Of a DNA stretch of 32,000 nucleotides, positions 8,626-16,404 are shown in pieces (position 1 is the stretch's first letter; every line of letters starts with the position of its first letter). This DNA comes from Candidatus Saccharimonadota bacterium. GTDB lineage: Bacteria > Bacteroidota > Bacteroidia > Cytophagales > Amoebophilaceae. A program made the position numbers and the translations under genes. The stretch is taken from assembly GCF_003351905.1 (NCBI RefSeq), contig NZ_CP022339.1:1071594-1103593 (forward strand), in the 5' to 3' direction. The notes below the pieces were generated by a model. That model had not been told where the DNA came from, did no database searches, and worked only from the letters and a program-made list of their open reading frames with translations.

Positions 8626-9617
8626 CTAGACAAGTTCCTGGATACGAGATGGAGACAAACCAGTAAGAGCAATAATATCCTCTATAGGGTAGCCACGCAA
8701 AATCATAGATTTGGCGATAGAAAAGGCTTTCTCAGCTTCTCCTTCTAGTTTTCCCTCTAGCTTGCCTTTTTCTTGCCCTATTCGGATACCTTCTTGTCTC
8801 CCTTTTTTAATACCTTTTTTCTCTCCTTCTTGCCTTAATTTTTCAGCTACTGACATGGCGATTTCCTTTAATTTTGGGTTAGATTTTTTAATCGTTTCTA
8901 ACAAATCTGGCTGGTCATCCACCTGTAAAATATACAAAAAAGCTTGATCAGCATATCCAATATAATCTTTTTCTAGGAGATCTACAATTAATCTCATATG
9001 ATCAGTAAACCACTGATGAAAAGAACGATAAATTCCTTGTTTAAGTACCATGGCTGCAAAAGCAGCCTTTTTATAGCTAAGCAGTTCATCTTCAGATGTA
9101 CTATATAGATCAACCAGATGAAAACGGTCAAACATACAAGACTTAGCTAGTTCAGGATCCGAGAACATAGATAATAAACTATTTGAACCCTTATATGGTT
9201 TATTGCCGTTATATATACAGTTATTTAGGATAACTGGAAGAGACACATTTCCATTCTCTTTTAAATGTTGGCGTATTAGTTGAACGTTGTATTCTAGGAA
9301 CCTTAGTGGCATATATGGATCTTCTGTAGACTGGTGTTCGGTAAGTACATATAAGTACCCTTCTTTCCCATTTATACTGGTTTTGAATACTAAATCAGAT
9401 TCTCCTCTTCTACCCACTGGATCCACAAAGCTCTTATTAGTCAATTCTAAATTTTCTTGATCTATTTTGATAAATAGATCGGAAGGCAGATTGGCAGATA
9501 GAAAATCTAGCATTGCTTCCTTGCTTCCTTATTGCAAAAAGTGTTCTTAAAGACCGTATCATGAGGCTTATCCGATCCTTCTTTTTTATCCTTTCCCTTG
9601 TTTTTTTTCTCACTCAT
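8626..9617 (-). pseudogene. Rpn/YhgA-like recombination-promoting nuclease (PD-(D/E)XK, Transposase_31 family), frameshifted by an 8-bp tandem duplication
   Basis: The 295-aa ORF (8626..9513) has the GESDLVF...YVLTEHQSTEDP core and a C-terminal charged repeat. An upstream ORF from ATG 9617 encodes MSEKKNKGKDKKEGSDKPHDTVFKNTFCNKEA, the family's HD..FK..F N-terminus. It is out of frame because tgcttcct is duplicated at 9514-9521 and 9522-9529. Confidence 0.8.
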
Positions 9618-9850
9618 GTGATCAATACATTACGAAAAATAAATGGCATTAAAAATATAAACTCTCCTAATAGTAATTAGAAAAAATAAAGCACTATGCT
9701 TGATCTAATAAAGATTCTATATATCAGATCCATATAATACAATATTACGTATAATTACTCCTATATGGTAGGCTATTTTTATCTGATTTTATCATGCCCT
9801 ATCTGTAAAATTAAAAATAGAAAACAAAATAAATAACGTTAGGACTCTTG

Positions 9851-9906
9851 TATTACTAATATAGTATATATTTTATATATACAAAAGATATACTATATTA
9901 GTAATA
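9851..9906. repeat. 56-bp AT-rich imperfect palindrome (two internal mismatches)
   Basis: attactaatatagtatat (9852-9869) is the exact reverse complement of atatactatattagtaat (9888-9905). Pairing continues through the spacer except at 9870/9887 and 9875/9882. Confidence 0.9.
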
Positions 9907-9994
9907 TGTAATTGATTCGATGTTAGGTATCTATTGAATGGTTGGATATCTATAAAAGATTATAAGTTTTAATAGTAAGAAAGTAGACTTTACA

Positions 9995-10022
9995 TATATC
10001 TTTTATATATATAAAAGATATA
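9995..10022. promoter_or_regulatory. 28-bp perfect palindrome 15 bp upstream of parA; putative operator or centromere-like site
   Basis: tatatcttttatat/atataaaagatata is self-complementary. Segment 9995-10028 also repeats 9865-9898 as a direct repeat (32/34 identical). Confidence 0.55.
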
Positions 10023-10036
10023 CTATATATTATTGT

Positions 10037-10582
10037 ATGCAAATTTTAGTGGCAAATATAAAAGGTGGGTGTGGAAAAAGCACATTAGTGTCTGCACTAG
10101 CAGATTTATTAGACGCTGATATTATTGATCATGATAACCAAGGCACAATACGCGTAAGCTCGTCCTTTACTGGTTTACGTGTCCCAGTAACCTATGAAAA
10201 AATAACAAAGAAAATCGTTCTTCACGATACACCACCTTATAATACAGGTAACTTGAAGAGCTTAATACAAGAGGCAGATTTAATACTGATTCCATGTAAA
10301 CTTATGTACCCAGATTTACTTGCATTAAGAGCGCTTTCGGATAAACTAAAGAAACTTAACATGACACAAAAAGGTGTAATTGTTTTTAATGAAATTCGTA
10401 AACCACATAATAATACTTATAAAGAAGTTAAAGCGCTTTATGAATCTAATTATTCAGAAATAAAAAAAGCGAAAACAGAGCTTTCTAATTTAATTAGCTT
10501 TAGTAGAGTACTATCTGAACCGATTACTGGTAAGGCATTAGAACAGATTAAATCATTAATTAGTGAATTAAATATATACTAA
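10037..10582 (+). CDS. parA: ParA/Soj-family partition ATPase (small, type Ib-like)
   Basis: Deviant Walker A at the N-terminus (ANIKGGCGKSTLV). At 181 aa it is typical of small plasmid ParA/ParF proteins. Confidence 0.8.
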   Translation: MQILVANIKGGCGKSTLVSALADLLDADIIDHDNQGTIRVSSSFTGLRVPVTYEKITKKIVLHDTPPYNTGNLKSLIQEADLILIPCKLMYPDLLALRALSDKLKKLNMTQKGVIVFNEIRKPHNNTYKEVKALYESNYSEIKKAKTELSNLISFSRVLSEPITGKALEQIKSLISELNIY

Positions 10583-10637
10583 AGATATATTTAATTAAAA
10601 TACCATTGCATTAGATATAATCTATCTATTTTTATAT

Positions 10638-10889
10638 ATGAGCTCAAATAACCCATTTCAAAATATAAATCAAAAACAGGCTTCTATTTCATTGCAAGAG
10701 CATTGTGAACAAGCTATAGTACGGAAAAAAATAGGAAGACCACTTAGACCTAACATGGGCAAATATCTTATAAAAATGGATAAAGGATTACATGCTAAAT
10801 TATCTAAATATGCAGAAGAATTAGGGATTAATAATTCATTTATCATTTCTAAAGCATTAAAAGAATTTTTCTCAAAACATTGTATTTAG
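10638..10889 (+). CDS. Ribbon-helix-helix (CopG/ParG-like) DNA-binding protein, likely ParA partner
   Basis: The C-terminal KYLIKMDKGLHAKLSKYAEELGINNSFIISKALKEFF fits a beta-strand/helix/helix RHH fold preceded by an unstructured tail. It lies directly after parA. Its stop codon overlaps the first G of an orphan Tn3-type IR. Confidence 0.55.
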   Translation: MSSNNPFQNINQKQASISLQEHCEQAIVRKKIGRPLRPNMGKYLIKMDKGLHAKLSKYAEELGINNSFIISKALKEFFSKHCI

Positions 10890-10926
10890 GGGAATTCTAC
10901 GAAAACGGAAAATAAAGCACGCTAAG
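10889..10926 (+). repeat. Orphan 38-bp Tn3-family terminal inverted repeat (Tn21-subgroup-like)
   Basis: ggggaattctacgaaaacggaaaataaagcacgctaag has the GGGG...ACGCTAAG architecture. Its inner 26 nt match my memory of the Tn21/Tn501 IR. I found no reverse-complement partner in the window. Confidence 0.65.
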
Positions 10927-10975
10927 AGTATAGTTTCCCGAAAAAATTGGGCAAAAAAAACAATAACTTCTCTAG

Positions 10976-11213
10976 TTCGCTTTCAATATAAAAAAACGTC
11001 TTAAAGCTTTAGAAGCTAAAATGGCTCAAGATGGGCTTGTGCTGACTGAATCGCAGCTAGCAGCCCTAGAAAAACGTAGAAACGAACAAGAAGCCTATGG
11101 AGAAATAGATACAGAACACCCTGGTTACTTAGGTTGTCAAGATACCTATTATGTGGGTAACTTTAAAGGTATAGGTAAAGTGTATACTCAAGTGTTTATA
11201 GACAGTTATTCTA
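10976..11213 (+). pseudogene. IS481-family transposase, middle fragment (N-terminal HTH region missing, 3' part displaced by the Tn3 insertion)
   Basis: The translation ...GEIDTEHPGYLGCQDTYYVGNFKGIGKVYTQVFIDSYSR is the start of an rve/DDE core typical of IS481. The frame is open from 10976. The remainder of the tracked ORF (to 11287) reads into the Tn3 IR. Confidence 0.8.
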
Positions 11214-11251
11214 GGGGTCGCCTTGGATATGGGAAATTATTGTACGTTAAG
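11214..11251 (+). repeat. Tn3-family IR (tnpA-proximal)
   Basis: ggggtcgccttggatatgggaaattattgtacgttaag. The tnpA stop codon (11237-11239) lies inside it, as in other Tn3-family members. Confidence 0.95.
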
Positions 11252-14230
11252 ACTGTTTTTGTAGTTTTGTATGTTAGCCGGTCGTAGAGGTCGGAACTTA
11301 CCTGATTTTAGTTTTCGCTTTCTTGTCCAGATATAATCTCCTGTCAAATTGATATGCTCCCATCCTAATGGAGATAGATGTGATAACAATTGATCATTGA
11401 TTTTTATTCCCTGTTTTTTTAGAGAGTCTACAGCTCTTTCGATGTAGACCGTATTCCATAGTGTGATGGCAGCTGTGAGCAGTGTTAGTCCACTGGCACG
11501 GTAGCTCTGATTTTCCAGACTTCTGTCCCTGATTTCACCCAACCTGTGCATAAAGACCGCACGGGCAAGGGCATTACGGGATTCTCCTTTATTCAGCCCT
11601 TTTTGTACACGTCGGCGCAATGCTGGATCTCGAAACCAGTTCAGCATGAATAATGTTCTTTCTATTCTCCCGATTTCTCTGAGAGCTTTTGCCAGACCGT
11701 TCTGTTTTGGATAACTGGCCAACTTCTTGAGCATTAGGGATGCAGTAACTGTCCCCTGGCTGATCGAGGTAGCTAGACGAAGCACATCATCCCAGTTTGA
11801 TTCGATATCTTTCAGATTCAGGCTGTTTGCAGATATAATATACTGAAGTCCAGTGTATTGTTGAGCTTTGCCTTGAATGAAAAGTCGTTTGTCATGTAGA
11901 TCTCGAATTCTTGGGCAGAATTCAAAACCAAGTAGGTGCATAATGGCAAATACATGATCGGTGAAACCAGATGTATCGGTATAGTGTTCCCGGATTTCTA
12001 GATCACTTTCGTGATACAGCAAGCCATCGAGTATATGAGTTGAATCCCTTACCCGGCTGATAACCCTGGTATAAAAAGGACTATATTGATCTGAGATATG
12101 GGTGTAAAACTGAACCCCCGGATCCTGACCATATTTAGGGTTTACCTGTCCAGCATAACGTCCTATGCTACCCACTTTAAAATTCTGACCGTCTGAGGAT
12201 GATGTAGTACCCTGACCCCAGTATATAGCCATAGGTTGCTTTCCTTGTGCATTAACTAGTTCAGCAAGAGCAGCTGAATACGTTTCATCACGTATATACC
12301 AGGCCTGAATACCTTCCAGTGAAGATTTGGTCACTCCAGGACAGACATCTGCCATTTTACTAAGTCCTAGGTTGATTCCATCTGAAAGTATAGTGGTTAG
12401 AAGAAGTCGAGTATCAGGGCGAATCACTTCATTTTTGAGATGAGAAAAATGTTGAGTAAAATCCGTCCAGTCGTTTACTTCATCAAGTATTTCTGTAATT
12501 TTAGGATGAGACAGCATACTATAAACCAGAACTGCTAGCGGTGAAACCTCTGCAGGAACGCTATTATCCAATGGCGTGACCTTCACTCCTTTGTTAGATA
12601 TTTCCACATCAGGTAAATTACCACTAACGGCCATATCATTTACCTCTTCGAGCCGCGATTTCAATAATTTTAGACGATTACCGATATATTCACTGTAATA
12701 AAAAAGGCCAGGAAGTGGTAACTCATGATTCTGAATCAACTTATCAAACTCATTTTTAGGAATGAGGTAATCGTCAAAATTTTTATATCGGCGAGAACCT
12801 TTTACCCAGATATCCCCTGAACGAAGCGCGCCTTTCAGTTCGTTAAGAGCGCAAAATTCATAGTACTGTCTATTTATTCCGGTGGGTGCAATAATCACTT
12901 TCCTCCAGCTTTCAGGAATAAAATCCAACGGTGCCATTGGTGGAACCTTTCGTAACTGTTTATGATACATTTCTCTGATGACTGTCAGAGCATCAGCTAG
13001 TGGCTGTGCAGCCGGAGCGGCATTCAGTTCCAATACAGACAACATTCTTGGAGCGTATTTACGTAACGTACTATATTTCTCAATAACAATATGCAGTGGA
13101 TCAAAATTACTTTTTTTGGTCAAAAAACGGGTTTCTTCTAGACTGGTAATAAATTCTTGCCATGGGATAACATGTTCAATAGCAGTCCATGGATCTTCTC
13201 CGGATTCACGGGCTTCAGTTAATGCCTGACCAACAGCAATATACTGGTACAGTTTAGACTGGATAAGTTTACCTGTCTGCTGGAGTCGCTCTGCCTGAGT
13301 CCTTTTAGCCCGGCTGAACATACTGTTCAAGATACGCTCATGCAGATCGATGATCTCATCTGTAAGTGTAGCTCTGGCTTCTTCAATCACACATATCAGA
13401 ATAGCGTATCGTCTGCTTGATGAGAACTTAGTCAAATCTCGGCTGCTCATATTCCGACCCTCACGGGCCAGTTTCAGTAACCGATTCTGATGAACTAAAC
13501 GTCCGATCCCTACCGGTAAGTCCATTGCAACGATCGTATTCAGGCGTTCAATGTGCTGTAATACATTTTTTCCGTTAATGTTACCAGGAGGTTGAAGCAT
13601 CCAAGCTAGACGTGAAAGATGATTATTTGATGCAATCAGAAGGTTGTCTAGAATAACTTTATGCTCTGGAATAAGCCGAGCATTCAGTTCCGAGAATACT
13701 ATTTTATCACCAGCAGCCATGGCCTTTGAGCACGTTCGCTCCAGTACATCAATAGTGGGAATAATCACGCAATTCCGCTGTATATACTTTAGAAGTTCTT
13801 GTGCCAGCAGAATACCCTTGTCAGTGCGTGTTGCAAGTGGAATTAAATATGCAATGCAATCATTTTGAATTTGTTGTGTAAATTTTTTTAGTCCTAGATA
13901 GCGGTATATCTCTACTAAATGTTCCCTGCGAGTGGTGCCTCTTCCTAATGCGTAATCTTTCCAAAGTTCATTTGATAAACTAAGTCTGCTAGCGATATGC
14001 TTGAGTAAAAAATCGGAAAGTAGTGATTTTTTATCTGGGATAATCCCTATGTTCTTCAGATAACAAAGCAAGACAGAAAAACCGAACCTATTGGCTGGCT
14101 TGCGGTGCGTATTAATAAGCGCTAAATCCTGTTCGCTGAAATAAGTCATGCGGATCAACGTAAGTTCATCCTCAGGTAAAGCTAGTAATGATGCTCTTTC
14201 TGATTGAGAAAGAATTTGTCTCCTAGGCAT
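11237..14230 (-). CDS. tnpA: Tn3-family transposase TnpA, apparently intact
   Basis: 997 aa. The N-terminus (MPRRQILSQSERASLLALPEDE...NRFGFSVLLCYL) and overall length are typical of Tn3-family TnpA. Confidence 0.95.
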   Translation of the reverse strand: MPRRQILSQSERASLLALPEDELTLIRMTYFSEQDLALINTHRKPANRFGFSVLLCYLKNIGIIPDKKSLLSDFLLKHIASRLSLSNELWKDYALGRGTTRREHLVEIYRYLGLKKFTQQIQNDCIAYLIPLATRTDKGILLAQELLKYIQRNCVIIPTIDVLERTCSKAMAAGDKIVFSELNARLIPEHKVILDNLLIASNNHLSRLAWMLQPPGNINGKNVLQHIERLNTIVAMDLPVGIGRLVHQNRLLKLAREGRNMSSRDLTKFSSSRRYAILICVIEEARATLTDEIIDLHERILNSMFSRAKRTQAERLQQTGKLIQSKLYQYIAVGQALTEARESGEDPWTAIEHVIPWQEFITSLEETRFLTKKSNFDPLHIVIEKYSTLRKYAPRMLSVLELNAAPAAQPLADALTVIREMYHKQLRKVPPMAPLDFIPESWRKVIIAPTGINRQYYEFCALNELKGALRSGDIWVKGSRRYKNFDDYLIPKNEFDKLIQNHELPLPGLFYYSEYIGNRLKLLKSRLEEVNDMAVSGNLPDVEISNKGVKVTPLDNSVPAEVSPLAVLVYSMLSHPKITEILDEVNDWTDFTQHFSHLKNEVIRPDTRLLLTTILSDGINLGLSKMADVCPGVTKSSLEGIQAWYIRDETYSAALAELVNAQGKQPMAIYWGQGTTSSSDGQNFKVGSIGRYAGQVNPKYGQDPGVQFYTHISDQYSPFYTRVISRVRDSTHILDGLLYHESDLEIREHYTDTSGFTDHVFAIMHLLGFEFCPRIRDLHDKRLFIQGKAQQYTGLQYIISANSLNLKDIESNWDDVLRLATSISQGTVTASLMLKKLASYPKQNGLAKALREIGRIERTLFMLNWFRDPALRRRVQKGLNKGESRNALARAVFMHRLGEIRDRSLENQSYRASGLTLLTAAITLWNTVYIERAVDSLKKQGIKINDQLLSHLSPLGWEHINLTGDYIWTRKRKLKSGKFRPLRPANIQNYKNSLNVQ

Positions 14231-14397
14231 ATAGTTTGCATTAATAATTATTTTGTAGATTAATTTTCATTCAAATATTTGTCTCATAAGGGTATACCTC
14301 AATGAAATAGCAAAGATGTTATCCTATTCCATTAATGAAATAACTTATATGCGATAGATTCAATGACATAACCTAAATACGATAAATTCATGAGAAT
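14231..14397. promoter_or_regulatory. Putative res site and divergent promoter region between tnpA and tnpR
   Basis: The position is canonical for res. The motif T(C/T)AATGA(A/C)ATA recurs at 14299-14309, 14332-14342 and 14360-14370. An inverted partial copy sits near 14265. Confidence 0.4.
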
Positions 14398-15478
14398 ATG
14401 TTCATCAGAGCTTATTTGAGAGCTTCAACAGAAGATCAGTTTGTAGATCGAGCACAAGAAATGCTCGAGCAGTTTGTTCAGGAGAGAGGACACAAAATCG
14501 CTAGCTATTACCGAGAAAATATCAGTGGAACAAAATTGGATAGACCAGAATTAGGAAGATTACTCATGGATAGTCACCGGAATGATATCTTACTGGTCGA
14601 ACAAATAGATCGGCTGACCCGTCTGAGCAATAGTGATTGGGTAATACTAAAAAAAAAGATTGAACACCATGAACTGAAAATTGTGAGTCTGGATATACCA
14701 ACTTCATGGCAGGCTTTGTCTGACAAAGAAACATCACAAAACGATCCACTCACCTTTCGCACCAAAATCATGCTTTGATTTTAGTTAAAATATCTTATAT
14801 TAGTTGGTTAAAGGTTTGTATGGTTCATAGCTCATTAAGCTAGCTTTTTAAAGTTGAACAAAGGAAAAATGATAGCATCATAATTACTAAAAAAAACGTT
14901 TATGAATGACTATCAATATTATATTTTTTATTTGTTCATTTAAATAATAGCTTATTAAGCACTTTATAAAGACCAAATCCACTATTCCATAATGGATGGC
15001 TGAAATGGTATCGACTAACTTAATGGGAAGTTCATTCCTATTACAAACTAAATCTAGAGATAGAGTTTATAGAAAAAATTCAAATCTATCTCATGATATA
15101 AATGCTTGCTGAAAACAATATTTAGAAATGTGCTGATAATCAGTAATAAATAATTATTAAAGTCTATATTTCTGGTGCGGAATGTGAGATCCAGTAACAC
15201 GTACTGTGATTTCCGCCATCAATAATATGCTCATGGATCTAATGGCCGCAATGTCGTATAAGGATTGGCTGAGCCGTCAGCAACGACAGAAACAAGGAAT
15301 TGAAAGAGCACATGAACAAGGTAAATATCGGGGAAAGCAGCCTGATCATGAGAGACACCAGAAAGTAGTCTACTATCGAAATGTGAAAAAACTAAGTATC
15401 TATGAAACCGCACAAGCTACCGGGTACAGCGCTTCGCAGGTATGCCGTATTCAACGATTGTACACTTTAAACAATTAA
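14398..15478 (+). pseudogene. tnpR: Serine recombinase (resolvase TnpR) split by a 438-bp insertion
   Basis: The N-terminal catalytic part (MFIRAYLRASTEDQ...LLVEQIDRLTR) ends at 14778 after reading into the insert. The C-terminal part (ISAINNMLMDLMAAM...HTH) resumes at 15188 in the same codon phase. Removing 14749-15193 gives a 211-aa ORF. Confidence 0.85.
14750..15187. mobile_element. MITE-like non-autonomous element inserted in tnpR
   Basis: Terminal inverted repeats tcacctttcgcaccaaaa (14750-14767) and the reverse complement of 15170-15187, tcacattccgcaccagaa, match at 15/18. Flanking direct repeat gatcca(c/g) at 14743-14749 and 15188-15194. The interior is AT-rich with no tracked ORF. 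Confidence 0.7.
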
Positions 15479-15611
15479 AAAAGTAATGCTAAGCACTTTT
15501 AGTAGATTGCTAGAAAATGGGGAAATTAATATCGAAAAAGTGTTGCTAAGCAGGTATATTTATACAATAACCTGGAAGAAAAGGAAGAACATCTTTAGTA
15601 CAGAAAACAGC

Positions 15612-15649
15612 CTTAACGTACAATAATTCCCTATATCCAAGGCGACCCC
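15612..15649 (-). repeat. Tn3-family IR (tnpR-proximal)
   Basis: Its reverse complement is ggggtcgccttggatatagggaattattgtacgttaag, a 36/38 match to the left IR. Confidence 0.95.
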
Positions 15650-15654
15650 TTCTA

Positions 15655-16172
15655 GAGTAGCTCATGCAAAACTTTACACTGATAAAACAACCCTAACAGC
15701 TGCCGACCTGTTAAATGATAGAATACTGCCTTTTTATCAAGATCAAAACATACCTATTTTACGTATACTAACAGATCGTGGTACTGAGTATAAGGGTAAA
15801 ATAGAACATCATGCTTTTGAGTTGTTTTTAAGTATAGAAGGTATAGAAATAGAACATACCGTCACTAAAGCCTATTCACCACAAACCAATGGATTTTGTG
15901 AGCGTTTTAATAAAACAATGAAACAGGAATTCTTTGATACAGCTATGCGTAAAAAAATCTATACGGATCTCCATGACTTGCAACAGGACTTAGATAGTTG
16001 GTTAGATTACTACAATCAGGAGCGACCACATTCTGGAAAGTATTGTTATGGTAAAACACCTAGGAAAACTTGGGAGGATAGTAAAAAATTAGTCTTTGAA
16101 AAAAATAATCAAATCGCTTATCTTAACAACCTAACTGACACGTTTAACTTAACGGACAACTTTAATACTTAA
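15655..16172 (+). pseudogene. IS481-family transposase, C-terminal fragment
   Basis: The open frame from 15655 reads (R)VAHAKLYTDKTTLTAADLLNDRILPF...LTDRGTEYKG...SPQTNGFCERFNKTMKQEF...YNQERPHSG. It joins in frame to the 10976-11213 fragment once the Tn3 element and one TTCTA copy are removed. Confidence 0.85.
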
Positions 16173-16404
16173 ATTTTTACTGCCTGTCAGATTAAATACT
16201 AACTACTACACCTTTATGTGATGGAACTATTGATATAAAAAAATCACTTCAGGTGAATTAATTTTTAACATCTTTTCCTTTCTAACTCAATTCGAGCCCG
16301 TTAGTCCAGTGCTAATCGAAAACCTATTGAGTAGTAAAATACTATAGATACACCGTTTTTGCTAGTCAATAGCATTCATAAAAATTAAAGATAAATGCAT
16401 AGCT

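Larger units (their letters stand above)
11214..15649 (-). mobile_element. Complete Tn3-family transposon (tnpA, res, tnpR), 4436 bp
   Basis: 38-bp IRs at 11214-11251 and 15612-15649 match at 36/38. They are flanked by a perfect 5-bp direct repeat TTCTA (11209-11213 and 15650-15654). tnpA and tnpR are divergent. Confidence 0.95.

Noticed and set aside
8711-8947. A 78-aa plus-strand ORF rich in Ser/Pro/Phe, opposite the Rpn gene.
   Set aside because: It is the mirror of the K/E/G-rich repeat region of the Rpn C-terminus, so it is a compositional artefact.
9840-10030. Repeated AT-rich palindromic units that could be mistaken for a short CRISPR array.
   Set aside because: There are only two related units, they are self-complementary and very AT-rich, they are not separated by unique spacers of regular length, and no cas genes are present. 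Operator, centromere or origin repeats fit better.
11214-11287. The C-terminal tail of tracked ORF 11021..11287 (…GRLGYGKLLYVKTVFVVLYVSRS).
   Set aside because: This part is read-through into the Tn3-family terminal repeat and antisense tnpA sequence, not genuine IS481 transposase coding sequence.
12978-13868. Plus-strand ORFs of 83 and 74 aa inside tnpA (12978-13229 and 13644-13868).
   Set aside because: They are antisense to an intact 997-aa Tn3-family transposase in a higher-GC segment where spurious open frames are expected. They have no recognisable motifs.
14743-15210. The peptide motif DP(L/V)T.RT.I is encoded on both sides of the tnpR interruption. This initially suggested two different resolvase genes joined by recombination, or an invertible segment.
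   Set aside because: The similarity is largely explained by the short flanking direct repeat GATCCA(C/G), with the rest apparently chance. The inverted repeats sit at the ends of the insert like transposon TIRs. Inversion of the segment would not restore the gene, whereas excision does.
16281-16330. The sequence caattcgagcccgttagtcc is reminiscent of a tRNA T-arm (GGTTCGA.TCC) and could be a tRNA fragment or attachment-site remnant.
   Set aside because: I could fold no acceptor, D or anticodon stems around it, and the T-stem pairing is incomplete. The evidence is insufficient.
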